Position numbers and translations under genes: made by a program. Positions 14,230 to 30,274 of a stretch of 64,000 nucleotides of DNA are shown here, in pieces. The stretch's first letter is position 1; each line of letters starts with the position of its first letter. The notes beneath the pieces are model-generated. The model searched no databases. It had not been told where the DNA came from and saw nothing but the letters and a program-made list of their open reading frames with translations. This DNA is from Octopus vulgaris (Eukaryota), in contig OX597833.1 in the NCBI GenBank assembly GCA_951406725.2, positions 32,364,001 through 32,428,000 of the forward strand, read 5' to 3'.

Positions 14230-17200
14230 AGGTATTTCACTAGGGCTATGTTGTCGGTGTCGATGGCTGTGAGGCTGGTGGTGCTTGTGCTGTTTGTTTA
14301 TGTCGGTGTTTGAGGTGGTAGTGCTGGTGTTGTTATTGCTGTTGGTTATTGCGTGTGTGTATTGCTGCTGTTAGATATTTCCTCTCCTCTGCGCCTCCCC
14401 CTCTTTTATTCCACTGTCTTTTGTTTTCTGTTTTTGGGGGTAACAGTTTGCCACTACCCCCTTCTCGACCTCAATGCTCGAACAGTCCAAGTTGTTTTGA
14501 TTGGAAAGGGGGTTATTCTCTGGCTGCTCCTTTTTTTGGTGGTGTTCATATGTTGTTGTTGTTGGTGGTGGTGGTACTCCAGCTGGTGTTGGTGGTACTC
14601 CAGCTGGCGTTGGTGGTACTCTGGTTGGCGTTGGTGGTACTCCGGCTGGTGTTGGTGGTACTCTGGCTGGTGTTGGTGGTACTCCTGCTGGTGTTGGTGG
14701 TACTCTGGCTGGTGTTGGTGTTACTCAGGTTGGCGTTGGTGGTACTCCGGCTGGTGTTGGTGGTACTCTGGCTGGTGTTGGTGGTACTCCTGCTGGTGTT
14801 GGTGGTACTCTGGCTGGTGTTGGTGTTACTCAGGTTGGCGTTGGTGGTACTCCTGCTGGTGTTGGTGGGACTCCGGCTGGTGTTGGTGTTACTCAGGTTG
14901 GCGTTGGTGGTACTCCGGCTGGTGTTGGTGGGACTCCGGCTGGTGTTGGTGTTACTCAGGTTGGCGTTGGTGGTACTCCGGCTGGTGTTGGTGGTACTCC
15001 TGCTGGTGTTGGTGGTACTCTGGCTGGTGTTGGTGTTACTCAGGTTGGCGTTGGTGGTACTCCTGCTGGTGTTGGTGGGACTCCGGCTGGTGTTGGTGTT
15101 ACTCAGGTTGGCGTTGGTGTTACTCCGGCTGGTGTTGGTGGGACTCCGGCTGGTGTTGGTGTTACTCAGGTTGGCGTTGGTGGTACTCCGGCTGGTGTTG
15201 GTGGGACTCCGGCTGGTGTTGGTGTTACTCAGGTTGGCGTTGGTGGTACTCCGGCTGGTGTTGGTGGGACTCCGGCTGGTGTTGGTGTTACTCAGGTTGG
15301 CGTTGGTGGTACTCCGGCTGGTGTTGGTGGGACTCCGGCTGGTGTTGGTGTTACTCAGGTTGGCGTTGGTGGTACTCCGGCTGGTGTTGGTGGGACTCCG
15401 GCTGGTGTTGGTGTTACTCAGGTTGGCGTTGGTGGTACTCCGGCTGGTGTTGGTGGGACTCCGGCTGGTGTTGGTGTTACTCAGGTTGGCGTTGGTGGTA
15501 CTCCGGCTGGTGTTGGTGGAACTCCAGTTGGTGTTGGTGGTACTCCTGCTGGTGTTGGTGGTACTCTGGCTGGTGTTGGTGGTACTCAGGTTGGTGTTGG
15601 TCGCACACCGGCTGGTGTTGGTGGTACTCCGGCTGGTGTTGGTGGTACTCCAGCTGGTGTTGGTGGTACTCAGGTTGGTGTTGGTGGTACTCAGGTTGGT
15701 GTTAGTGGTACTCCAGCTGGTGTTGGTGGTACTCAGGTTGGTGTTGGTGGTACTCCGGCTGGTGTTGGTGGTACTCCGGCTGGTGTTGGTGGTACTCCCG
15801 CTGGTGTTGGTGGTACTCCGGCTGGTGTTGGTGGTACTCAGGTTGGTGTTGGTGGTACTCCGGCTGGTGTTAGTGGTACTCCGCTGGTGTTGATTGTACT
15901 CCAGCTGGTGTTGGTGTTGGTGGTACTCCGGCTGGTGTTGGTGGTACTCCGGCTGGTGTTGGTGGTACTCCTGCTGGTGTTGGTGGTACTCCGGCTGGTG
16001 TTGGTGGTACTCCAGCTGGTGTTGGTGGTACTCCTGCTGGTGTTGGTGGTACTCCGGCTGGTGTTGGTGGTACTCCAGCTGGTGTTGGTGGTACTCAGGT
16101 TGGTGTTGGTGGTACTCCGGCTGGTGTTGGTGGTACTCTTGCTGGTGTTGGTGGTACTCAGGTTGGTGTTGGTGGTACTCCAGCTGGTGTTGGTGGTACT
16201 CAGGTTGGTGTTGGTGGTACTCCAGCTGGTGTTGGTGGTACTCCGGCTGGTGTTGGTGGTATTCCGGCTGGTGTTGGTTTTACTTCGGCTGGTGATTTTG
16301 GTTGTCCTCTGCTGCTGCACTGGAGCGGCCCTCGCTTCTGTAAACGCAGCTTTTTTTCCTTTCTTTGTATTTGCGGCAGTCGACCTTGAGGTGCTGGTCG
16401 TCCCCACAAAAGTAGCACCTTGGACGCCTGCCCTTCACGACCACGTGCAGTACCGTGTCGTCTGGTAAATTTATGGCGTCAGGGATTGAATTTATGGCTT
16501 CTTGTTCAATTTGAACAAGAAGCTCTAATCCCTGACCCGTCCAGTTTTGTTGATGCAATTTATGTACCACCAGTATATTGGTGATGTCCTCTATATCATA
16601 GAGGACAGCTGCAACCAGTCAGCCTACATTTACTTCGCGGGGCACCACCCCAATTTTAATTTTCGTCAAGCGCCGACCAAGGTATGTCGACACGAGCAGG
16701 AATTCGTCTGTTTGTAGGGGCACAGTGGAATGCTGTCTTGTTTCCTTCTCTTTAGTAAAACTCACTTCCACCGTGCCGAAGCGCTTTCCTCTTGTCACAT
16801 AGGTTTTATTGGTCCAAATCACTCTGACGGCCATTTCCATCAGTTGTTGGCTGGCTCGTTCTACCCTTTTCTTCTTGATGTTTAAAACTCTCTATATTAC
16901 TGATTTTCGATCCGTCTCCTTTATTAATTCCCGAGGAGTGTTAAGGAAGACATTATTTCCTTCCTTCCTTAACAACTCCTTTCAATTTGTAGTTCATTTT
17001 TTTGTTAAATTCAACAACTCTTTTGTCTGCTTTGCTGCCGAGGCGAAACCGTTGCCGCTAGATTTGCTGTTCGTGTTTGTGGTGTTAGTGTCATTGTTTT
17101 TTGTTTTTCTTTCTTCCTCCTTCTCTTTTTCAGGAACATTTTCTTGGTTTTCTGTATTTTCTTTGTTGTTGCTGATGGTGGTGTTGCTGATGGTTGGCAT

Positions 17201-17505
17201 CGCTGCTCGTGGTTGTGCTGTTTAGAGGGGGGAAATATTGACTGTACTGGCCGTCAGAACAGCCACTGTCACTCCCCTCAACAAAAGAAGCCATCTTGTT
17301 CTTGTTTTTTTGTCAAACGAAAAACTAATTTTTTTTTTAAATGGACAAAATTCGCCCTTAAAAGGGGGAAATTTTCAACAGAAAAAAATCCTCCTGCACA
17401 CTAAAAGGGTTTCGGAAAACAAAAACCAACAAACAAACGGTCAATAAACTTAAAAAATAACAACAAATTTCAAACTGACGGAGCTCTGAAAAACATGTCT
17501 TACCT
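14230..17505 (-). mobile_element. L1/Tx1-like 5' end with a disrupted ORF1 (gag-like CCHC knuckle) and an internal minisatellite
   Basis: PRCYFCGDDQHLKVDC (CX2CX4HX4C), a T/N/K-rich N-terminus at 16994-17200, and stop codons. Neighbours L1/Tx1 3' fragments of the same orientation. Confidence 0.75.
14560..16290. repeat. 21-bp minisatellite (GGTGGTACTCCGGCTGGTGTT)n, about 80 copies, with a higher-order 63-bp block
   Basis: Directly visible. Variants ccg/cag/ctg/cct alternate regularly over about 15120-15500. Confidence 0.97.
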
Positions 17506-17561
17506 CGACGACAACAACAACAATAATAATAACAATAACAATGAATAAATATATAACCTAC

Positions 17562-17833
17562 CAAATGTCATGCCCCATCCAGCAATTTTGCAGAGTCTTC
17601 CAGTTTTTAATGGCTTGTCATCTTTGGGCAAACAAATTGGTTGTGTTCGACAATTGTAATTGAGAGGCTTGGAAAGCTTCAGTAGAGCAATGTCATTTTC
17701 GTTGGTGGGCGCCACATAACCAGGGTGAATCACAATTTGGGAAACTGGCCACTCTTGTTCTGTTGTGTCTGTACAGTTAGAATGATGCTTTCCTGACGTC
17801 ACAGTCCAGAGGCTAGCATTGCGCAGCTGAGCG
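17562..17833 (-). CDS. Serine protease exon with catalytic Asp (AQLRNASLWTVTSGKH...HPGY...NDIALLKLSKPL...PICLP...CKIAGWGMTF)
   Basis: DIALL, PICLP and GWG motifs. Acceptor ggtcag|, donor |gtaggt, 272 nt (phase 2 to phase 1). Confidence 0.95.
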
Positions 17834-18228
17834 CTGACCATATATTGAAAGGAAAAGCATAAAATAAATAACAGCATCAACAACAGCAGCATTACGACGA
17901 CAACGACGACGGCGATGGTTACGACAAGACTGATGATAATAATGGTGGTGGTGGTGGTAGCAGTGACTTCTAAAGTAAAAATAAGGTTGCAAATTGTGTG
18001 GAGGAGGCAGGTTCGTTTCAATCAACCTCAGTACACGACTGGTACTTTATTATTATTGTGGTGATAAATCAATTTGGTATAAAAGATACTGACATCTATT
18101 ACTATATTAACCTCCCTCCTGAAGTATGAGGTGCATGTAGAGAGGTTTTCTTTATCGAAACCTAGTGTGACTAATATAGCAACCATCCTATTTAGTGTTC
18201 CATAATAACGATACTACTACTACTACTG

Positions 18229-18296
<68 letters not shown>

Positions 18297-18311
18297 ACTA
18301 CTACTACTACG

Positions 18312-18378
<67 letters not shown>

Positions 18379-18442
18379 TAACCACTGCTGCTGCTGCTAC
18401 TACTGATAATAATAAAAACAACAACAATAATAATAATAGTAC

Positions 18443-18913
18443 TCCACTCCTTTTCTGTTTAGCACTGACACCTTTATCTGACATGCTAAATAGAACTGGA
18501 TGCGGATACAAATGTTGTGGCAAAACAATCAGCCACCTTTTATATATGGATGACCTAAAACTATACGCTACAAACGATAAACAGTTAGAAACACTAGTAC
18601 AGACAGTACATGGGTTTACCAAAGAAATAGATATGAAATTTGGATATGAAAAATGTGCCAAAGCAACCCTGAAAAGAGGAAAACTAGTTAAGAGTAGCAA
18701 CATCACACTAGATAAAGCCAATGAAATAAGAGAATTAGACTAAAGCCAGACATACAAATATTTTGGAATCAATGAACTAGATACGATACAACACACACAA
18801 ATGAAAGAGAAAATAAAGGAAGAATACTATAGACGAGTGAGATCAATATCAAAAACAGAGCTCAATGCTAAAAACAAGATAATAGGTATTATCACTTTAG
18901 CATTCCCAGTTAC
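18443..18913 (+). mobile_element. R4/Dong-family RT fragment (divergent subfamily)
   Basis: PLLFCLALTPLS, HLLYMDDLKLY, FGYEKCAK. Confidence 0.85.
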
Positions 18914-19183
18914 GTGGAGACCCCACGAAAAATCCACAAGCGTTACGACTACTAGGGCAACAGCCCTCTCCCCATCTTCCTCTCTCAGTCTTGGAAACTC
19001 AATGCCGCATGGTCAAAGTACGCCCGTTGACACAGAAATGTAAAAATCTTTAGATACAACAATATTATCTGTAAAAATTAAACAAAAGTTTACAGCTCAC
19101 AAACACTTGTCCTTCCTCTTTGAAATCCACGAACAGAGTCCAGTAGTGATTATGATGATGATGATGATGATAATAATAATAAC

Positions 19184-19260
<77 letters not shown>

Positions 19261-19261
<1 letters not shown>

Positions 19262-20413
19262 CTCTGAGGACTGGATGTTAAAACTTGTCTCAAAACATGA
19301 AAACAAGAAAGCATCATACTCAGTCACAAAATAGGCAAAGGAATATCTAAGTGAATTCCGAATACAACCAATTTCGGAATTAGAGTTAGACATACAAGAA
19401 ACAAGCACAGAAAAAGCTAGGCGCATGAAAACCCGTGCCAAAACTGCGGCCTTAGATATTCTGAATAATAAATGGCAAGAAAAACCTCTCTATGGCAAAT
19501 ACCCAAAGAGAGCGAATAATGCAGATATCGACAAAGCCCTGACCCATCAATGGCTAATGGCCTCTGGCTTAAAATCTGAAACAGAGGGGTTTATCATAGC
19601 AGCTCAAGATCAATGCCTACCAACAAGAAACTACCAAGCCAACATATTAAAGAACGGCAGTAGCCCAACATGTCGTGTATGCCGACAACAAAATGAAACC
19701 ATTGATCATGTTGTCTCCAAATGCAGTCTTCTAGCGCATACAGAGTACCTCAGTAGGCATGATAGAGCTGCACAATATATTCACTGGGTAATTTGCAAAA
19801 ACCTGGATTTGCCCCATGAAAAAAACTGGTGGGAACACAATCCACCTCCAGTGCTTGAAAATGACCACATCTCACTCCTCTGGAACTTCACCATTCAAAC
19901 TGACAGGAAGATAGATACAAATAGGCCAGACATCATATTGAAAGACTTCAGACAAAGAACATGCCTCCTCATTGATATGACTGTCCCAATCGATATAAAC
20001 GTATCTGTCAAGACCTAACAAAAAACTGAGCAAATATAAAGATCTTGAAATAGAAATCAGCAAAATGTGGAAGCTGAAGACTAAAACAATACCTGTTGTC
20101 ATAGGTGCCCTGGGAATGATAGCAAAAGGGGCTGATCGCTACCTAACTCAGATACCAGAAAACCCCAAAATGACAGAAATTCAAAAGATAGTGCTCATGG
20201 GAACTGCTCATATCCTACGCAAAATACTTTCTATGTAATCTCAAGGTTTAAAACAAACATTTTTTTTAGACATCCACTAGTACAACACAAAAAACAACCA
20301 AATATATGGCACACTAGGCATAACAACAACGTGAATTTCCAACCTGTAGTTTCTTGAGGTCTCCGGGTGAGACTTGGAGCCAACTTGTACAAATATAAAG
20401 CAAAAGTCAAACA
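19261..20413 (+). mobile_element. 5'-truncated R4/Dong copy
   Basis: Near-identical to 8651-9832. (AAT)n on both sides. Confidence 0.9.
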
Positions 20414-20449
20414 TATAATAATAATAATAATAATATTAATAACAATCAA

Positions 20450-20815
20450 AATGTCTCAAGAAAGGAATACGTCAAGCTTTCTTACAATAAAGATCTGCAA
20501 ATTGAAATCACAAAAATTTGGAAGCTTAGTACTACGATAACACCAGTAGTAATTGGTGCGTCGGAAATGATAAAGAAGTTAGCTGAGAAGTATATTAAGC
20601 AACTTCCTTGTAACTCCAATCTCCAGGAACTACAAAAGATAACCTTGATGGGTACAGCTCATATACTATGGAAAACACTCTCCATCTAAAATGGAATAAG
20701 TGTGGTGATAATTTTGTCATGCATAGCAAAACAAAAGTGCTTTTGTTACTCTTGGCCTCCGGAGGATGCCCGGTACTAAGGTAGCTGAAATAAAGTTATT
20801 ATGAAAGGAATCCAT
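20450..20815 (+). mobile_element. Degraded R4-like 3' end (different subfamily)
   Basis: Remnant of KDL.IEI...PVVIGA...ELQKITLMGTAHIL, followed by (AAT)n. Confidence 0.7.
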
Positions 20816-20816
20816 A

Positions 20817-23423
<2,607 letters not shown>

Positions 23424-23468
23424 GAATAATAATAATAATAATAGTAATAATAATAACAATAATAATAA

Positions 23469-23515
<47 letters not shown>

Positions 23516-23614
23516 ATAGAAATAGTAATAGTAATAATAATAATAATAATAATGACGACGACGACGACGACGACGATGACGATGACGATGATGATGAAGA
23601 TGATGATGATAATG

Positions 23615-23686
<72 letters not shown>

Positions 23687-24217
23687 GGCTCTCATGGCTT
23701 CTGATCTCAACTGATTGGAAGTGTTATCATGTACATTGTTTTGTCTTGGTATAAAATATGGGCTACAGCAAATATTCTGCTCAACACAACAGATTTGCTT
23801 GTCAGTTGTTTTACCTTAACCAGTTGAGCATGTCCCTTAGTGGCTGACGATATGTGCATCTCTGATCACGAGCAGAAGTAGTGAAGTAGTGGGGTAGCAT
23901 CATAGCCGTGTGTTGAAAGAAATTCTTGGTGGTTTGGATAATTCACCTTTGGAAACATGGGTGTTTCGTTCAACATCATTAAATCCTTATTCAGGTACCT
24001 TTTGAGTGGGATGGGCTACTCGACCAGAAGAAAATTCTAATGGGCTCCATCTGCAAGGTCATGCGCTGTTTATCGTGATATGAGATCACCATTTCGCGCA
24101 CATATGGTTGTGATGCATGTGCCTGGTGTATCCTTATCAGACGAGTTGTCATGATGGGTATACTGGGCTTCGTATATTTTACCCCAGTGTCGCTTTGATA
24201 GCATGCACTGCTCTCTC
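23687..24217 (+). mobile_element. Unclassified (AAT)n-associated repeat, copy 5
   Basis: Same sequence and 3' end as the other copies. Confidence 0.8.
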
Positions 24218-24248
<31 letters not shown>

Positions 24249-24249
24249 T

Positions 24250-24370
24250 TAAGAAGAAGAAGAAGAAGAAAAAGAAGAAGAAGAAGAAGAAGAAGAAGAA
24301 GAAGAAGAAGAAGAAGAAGAAGAAGAAGAAGAAGAAGAAGAAGAAGAAGAAGAAGAAGAAGAAGAAGAAA
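24250..24370. repeat. (AAG)n microsatellite, about 40 units; one of many (AAT)n, (ACT)n, (TA)n, (CA)n, (TATG)n and (TATC)n tracts
   Basis: Directly visible. Confidence 0.97.
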
Positions 24371-26365
24371 CATGGCAACAAAAACTCCAAGTAAAGGCTA
24401 AAAAAATATTAAGGTTTGAGAAGAGAAACAAGTTTTGCAATCAAAATAAACTGTTCACATCCAATGCGAGAGATAGAGAAGGAGAAATTAACCGGTGAAT
24501 GAAAGAAGTTGAAAACTTCTGAAAAAATATCTGGAGTGATGAAAAGACTTACAATGAAAAGGCAGACTGGATTAGACGCACAGAAGGGTCCCACCAAAAC
24601 TTACCAGAACATGCATGGAGAGACCTCAGAATAACACTCAAGAAAGCTCATAAGTGGAAATCCCCTGGTAATGATAGGGAGCCACATTTTTGGCTCGCCT
24701 TATTCCCGTGCACACACGAAAAATTTGTCCAGTTATTCAATGAAATTATGAGAGATCCAATGAAAACACCTGATTGGTTATCCAGAGGTATTACCTACTC
24801 CCAAAGAATTCAGTAAAGAGAGCGGGACTTTGGCCTTGATAAGTGTGCTAAAGCAACTTTTGTAATAGTCAAGTTCAGCTTCCATTAAATTAGATACCGA
24901 CACTATCATCAAGGAGCTTGACCCACAAGAAAATTACGAATACCCAGGGATAAACAAAGGAGATGGTATACAACATGCTACTATGCAGGATAAAATAAGA
25001 AAGGAATATTACAGGAGAATAAGATTCATATTGAAAACTGAACTCAACTCTAAAAATCGCATTGAAGCCATTAACACCCTGGCACTCCCAGTAGTTCAAT
25101 GTAGTTATAACATCATTAACTGGAATCTAACAGTGCTCCAGCATCTGGACAGGAAGACAAGAAATAATAACTTTTAAGAACATGCACCACTCAAAAGCAG
25201 ATGTTGACCGTCTGTACCTACCTAGAAGTAATGGGAGAAGAGGAATGATGCAAGTAGAACTGTGCTATAAAACCTCAACAATAGTAAGGAACAGGTACTT
25301 ATCTATTACAGAGGACTGGACACTGACTTATGTGCAAACACGAAAGCAGCAAAAGAATCCCATTCTATTGTAAATGAATCTTGCAAATTCGCAAGGGAAC
25401 TCGGCATTAACCCTGAAATAGTTGAAGAATCTGAAACCACTGCCACAAAACAAGCAAAACGGATCAAGCAAACTGCAAAAATGAACGGGCAGAAACAAAT
25501 TGAGGAGCTGTGGAGCCAGAAGCCTCTATATGGACAGTATCTACTTCGAAGTCGAAATGCTGATATACATCAAGCAACAAACCATCACTGGCTGAGAAGT
25601 TCAGGACTGAAACCAGAGACTGAAAGTTTCAAGATCAAAGCTTGCTCAGAAAAAGCCACCAGGCTAACGTTCTTCAAAACGGTTCTGACCCTAAATGCAG
25701 ATTCTGCGACACAGTTGACGAAACAATAGAACATCTCTTATCTCGAGATGTCCTGTGCTGATACCAAATGAATACAAAAATCACCACGATAGGGTAGGAC
25801 AGTATTTACATTGGAAAATATGTAAACACTACAAGATCAGCACTCCTGCTTACTGGTATGAACATCATCCTGAGCCAGTCGTTGAAGATAAAAATGTCAC
25901 TATACTGTGGGATATTCTAATCAACACTGAAAGAATGATCCAGCCTAATCGATCAGACATAATTATTAGAGACAGGGAAGAAAATACTTGTACGCTAATA
26001 GATGTAAGTGATAAAATATATGTCAAGGAATTTAACAAACTAAGTAAATATAAGGACCTGGAAATTCAAATACAAAATATGTGGCATCTTAAAACGAGAA
26101 CTGTTCCTGTTACTGTACGTACCCTAGTTATGATAAGAAAGGGATGTCAGAAACATCTAGATAAGATCCCAGGAGAACTATGTTCAGAGAAATCCAAAAG
26201 ATTGTGCTGACAAGTACTGGTCACATCCTTAGGAAAAAACCCTTTCCATTTAAATGTCTGTATTGTGTAAGCTTTCAGTCATACTGTAATATCTCTTATA
26301 CTTCACTCGCCCCAGGACGCTGGATGTGTCTCGGCAAGTGACCGTAACAAACATGCAGATTAAAG

Positions 26366-26368
<3 letters not shown>
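24370..26368 (+). mobile_element. Old, internally deleted R4/Dong-like element
   Basis: WKSPG, FGLDKCAK, EYYRRIR..LKTELNSKN, HDRVGQYLHWKIC, KLSKYKDLEI. Ends in (AAT)n. Confidence 0.85.
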
Positions 26369-26405
<37 letters not shown>

Positions 26406-27300
26406 CAAGTATTTATTGTAGGACATTACTGAGTTGAATGCCAGGTTGTATGTATTTACAACTTCGTCTAAATCATGAACTTTATATATATATATATCCC
26501 TTGTTATGTCTGTTATTTCCTATCTGTCTTTTAAGCTCACCTCTATATACGCACCATCACCGCCACTACTAGTGTATCATTGCTTCCTACTAGAGCTTTG
26601 TATCATTCTTTTTCCGATGATGGAATAAATCACAATTATATTATGGGCGGCTGATCGCTTGCGCATCTATTCTTAAAAAACAACTGTAAGTGACTTTCTG
26701 CACGTCTTCTTTCCCCCTTTTTTCTCACCCAATTTCAGATTCTACCTACGATGACCAACTTTACCAATAATTCGAACTTACCATATCACAGTTCAAATGA
26801 TTTGGCTGCGTAAAGTGAAAAAAATGTCGTAAAATGGATGTGGTTAAGATATTGATTTAAAAAATAGACATGGTTAAATTACACATTATGATGGGATATA
26901 ATTACGATTTATCGCAAGACAATAAAGTTAAAATATAAATTAATACGGACAATTGAAACACCAATTAAGAGGGGAAGAAGGTAACACATAGATTAAAACA
27001 GGATTAATACATTTTATGATTAAGATCTATATTAAGATAAACTATGATGATGATATAAATTAAGACGGATAATATCAAAATATAGATTAAAACATGGTTA
27101 TATACAGTGTGAACTTTCATATGATAACTATAGACCAGTGTATCCATACACTTTGTAAAACATTATTGATATACTTTATCACAGTTACATTATATATATA
27201 TATATATATACGCACACACACAAATACATACGTATACACACATGTGTGTGTGTGTATATGTGTGAGCGTGTGTGAGCGTATGTGTGTGTGTGTATGTGTG

Positions 27301-27345
<45 letters not shown>

Positions 27346-27449
27346 TGTGCTTGTGTGTGTATAGATGATGTAGAGAGCAGAAAAGTGTATCAAGTAAGTT
27401 GAGGTGAATCGATGCATGAAGTTAATTTCAAGAAACCAAGTTGTCTTAC

Positions 27450-27538
27450 AAGTCAAAGCAATGTGCTGCTGTCAATACCCAGTCGTTGTTGAGGATTGTT
27501 CCTGCGCACAGCCGGACACCGCTCGCAAGGAGCATCAC
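27450..27538 (-). CDS. Serine protease exon with catalytic His (VMLLASGVRLCAGTILNNDWVLTAAHCFD)
   Basis: TAAHC motif. Acceptor ctgtaaag|, donor |gtaag, 89 nt (phase 0 to phase 2). Confidence 0.95.
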
Positions 27539-27584
27539 CTTTACAGAAAAAGAGAAAAGAAATAAGATTAAGGATAATAATTAA

Positions 27585-28800
27585 TTCGTTTATTGGCCAC
27601 AAGGGTTTACATAAAATTACATTAAGACACAACAACATAAAAGACAATAACAGGACGATACAATGGGTTTTATAACGTGTAAACAGTATATATATAACGA
27701 TTAAGTATTAAACAATTTAAAACTCTCAATAGGGGAAGCACATTAAGGACCTCGTGAAAAAACCCACAAAAGTCAACAACAGGGCAAGAGCCCTTCTCCT
27801 TTTCTTTACAGGTGTACGCTCAGAATTGGTCCTTTCTCACTGGCTATTCTTCCAACATTCATCCACCTTTAAACAAACTTACTAGAAGGCAACACTTCCT
27901 TCTCCACCCTCAACTTCCTTTTCAAGTGAAACTTGAAAAAGTTGATGAGGGCTTGGCCAAAGAGGAAAGTGTCTGTCTTTCGCACTTTCAAACGGGTCCA
28001 ACACGCTACTTCTTTCGCTACAGCCACTAGACAAATAAAAATTGCCTTCCCCTCCGACCAAAAGAGAGCGGCGGGGCAATCTTCACCATGGATTCAGCTG
28101 ATAGCCGGATTCGTCCCACACGCGACAGCAGGTGTTCGACATAAACCCATAGGTCAGCAATACTCGGGCACTGGACGAGGGCGTGCAGAACAGTTTCATC
28201 GTTCTGGGCGCACCTCCGACAGGCCCGGCTGACGGCACATCCGTGCCTGTAAAGTTTATCTCGAACAGGCAGCGCCTCTCGGTAGCACTGCCAGGCAAGG
28301 GATTTCTGGAAGTTGTCCATAGGTCCAGGCCCGAAAGTTCTCCGAAAAAGACTGTTTAGTTGATCTTCATCGGCGCCCAGAGTTTTCCCGAGAACTCGTC
28401 GCACATTCCCTCCACTAGCCTTTTATAGAACTAACACCTACCGCATTTCCCGCCTGGCAGAGGGCTGTGAGCGCTTGACGGCTTTCGAGGTGCCAAGCGC
28501 CCCTCCTCGGTCTACGCCTAATCCATGATTGCAACTCAGAAGGTAAGTTGTTGATCCTAGATGTGAACAGCAGTAATTACGGTGCTTTCAGACTGGTGGC
28601 TGCTTACGCTCCGACAGGGGCAGGGCGGTCTGATTACTTCAAGCGTCTGGAGGTTTTCCTGAGAACGTCTCGAACTTTGTATTAGTAGGGGATTGGAACG
28701 CTGTCTTAGATGGACGTTTCGATTGCGTAGGAGTATATGATAGGAGAGTGGGGTGGAAAAGCCTCAAAAACCTGCTCACACGTTTTCAGTTGTGTGACAG
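27585..28800 (-). mobile_element. L1/Tx1-like insertion: minus-strand ORF2 3' end joined to an inverted (plus-strand) APE endonuclease fragment
   Basis: Minus strand encodes FQKSLAWQCYREALPVRDKLYRHG..CRRC..ETVLHALVQC. Plus strand 28538-28710 encodes EGKLLILDV..FRLVAAYAP..LVGDWNAVLD. Confidence 0.82.
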
Positions 28801-30033
28801 ATACTGGCATATCTCTTCTACCTCTATTTACTCTCACTATATTGCAGACTTCCCCTCCCTCTCCCCACCCTGTATTTTCTATTGTTCTTCCTCTATCTCT
28901 ATGTTCACATTCCCTAAGCTGCTTACATCCTCTTCCTCCCAGCTACTTACTCCATTTCATCCTCTTCTCTGCTTCAAGCTTTAAATCTCTAGAACTACTA
29001 TATGAGCTGCTCTTGACAATTTTTCGCATGATATAGGAAGCCAGATTTGTGATATCTGTATGCCACCATTTTGTAGTTGTATATCCATGACTTTTTGTAC
29101 ATTCCATCTGCTAATTAGGAATATTACGACTATTACATAATTTCGAGCTCTCAGAAGTAATTGTCGAGTTAAAAGAACTAGTAATCTTTTATTTTTTATG
29201 CTCTATATAAATATATTTGCCTACATATATATAAATGTGTATATGCATGTATATATGCATTTATTTTCTGAATATATTCAAGGCGGTACCCCAGAATAGC
29301 CGCAGTCTAATGACTGATACAAGTAAAAGATATGTAATATAAAAAACAGAACAAAAACGAACAAAAACAAAAAAGCACTACTAGTCAAAACGGCGTACAC
29401 AGTAAATATATTAGACTGACGCTCAGCGAAAGATTACGATGAAAAATACAGGAGGCATGACGTTTCGAGCGTCACACACACACACGCATACAGACACGCA
29501 CGCACATACGCACGCGCGCACACACACAGCGGCACACATATCTATATTATATTTTTCATCCATGTACCGACAGACATGTTTTTCTCAGACTATTCTTTCC
29601 TTCTCTCCGGATATTTCTCTCTTTCTTGTTTTTGACGAAGAATCATGCTCGAAACGTTATTCCATTTCCCCACTCTACTTTGCATCTTGAACTTCATTCT
29701 AATATATTCTCTGTGTACGTTCATTTGATTATTAGTGTTTTTTCCTGTTTTTGTTTTTATTTTTCATTTGCCTACACACACATACACATACTTATAATTT
29801 CTTTATTCTTTTATTCTTATACTTTGTCATTCATTTGACTGTATCCATGCCGAAGCACCATCTTTTAGTCGAAGAAATCGACCCCAGGACTTATTCTTTA
29901 CAAGCCTGGTACTTATTCAATTGGACCCATTTTGCCGAAGCACTAGATTACGGGGACGCAAACACACCAACATTGATTGTCAAATGATGATGTGTGTGTG
30001 TGTGGGGAGGACAAACACAGACACAGAGACACA

Positions 30034-30085
<52 letters not shown>

Positions 30086-30274
30086 AAAAAAGCAACAAGA
30101 ATGGATTAAAATCTCGGTACAATTGTTTCGTACGAGGACATCTTTAATAAGCTACAAAAAAATGCAGTAAATACAGATGGCTCGTACTTGTCAGCCGAAA
30201 AAACATCAGAGAATTCCCAAACATCAAAAGGGGTAGATACAAAAGAGGGTGTAAGATTAACTGCATTGAAGAAA

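Noticed and set aside
14560-16290. Possible CRISPR array
   Set aside because: Head-to-tail units with no unique spacers, no cas genes, and a eukaryotic context.
14349-16468. Long plus-strand ORFs (514, 450 and 655 aa; LV-, WC- and GV-rich)
   Set aside because: They are translations of a stop-poor 21-bp minisatellite in all three frames, with no independent gene evidence.
27453-27647. ORF-track peptide GDAPCERCPAVRR...
   Set aside because: Wrong frame; the correct frame encodes the TAAHC exon.
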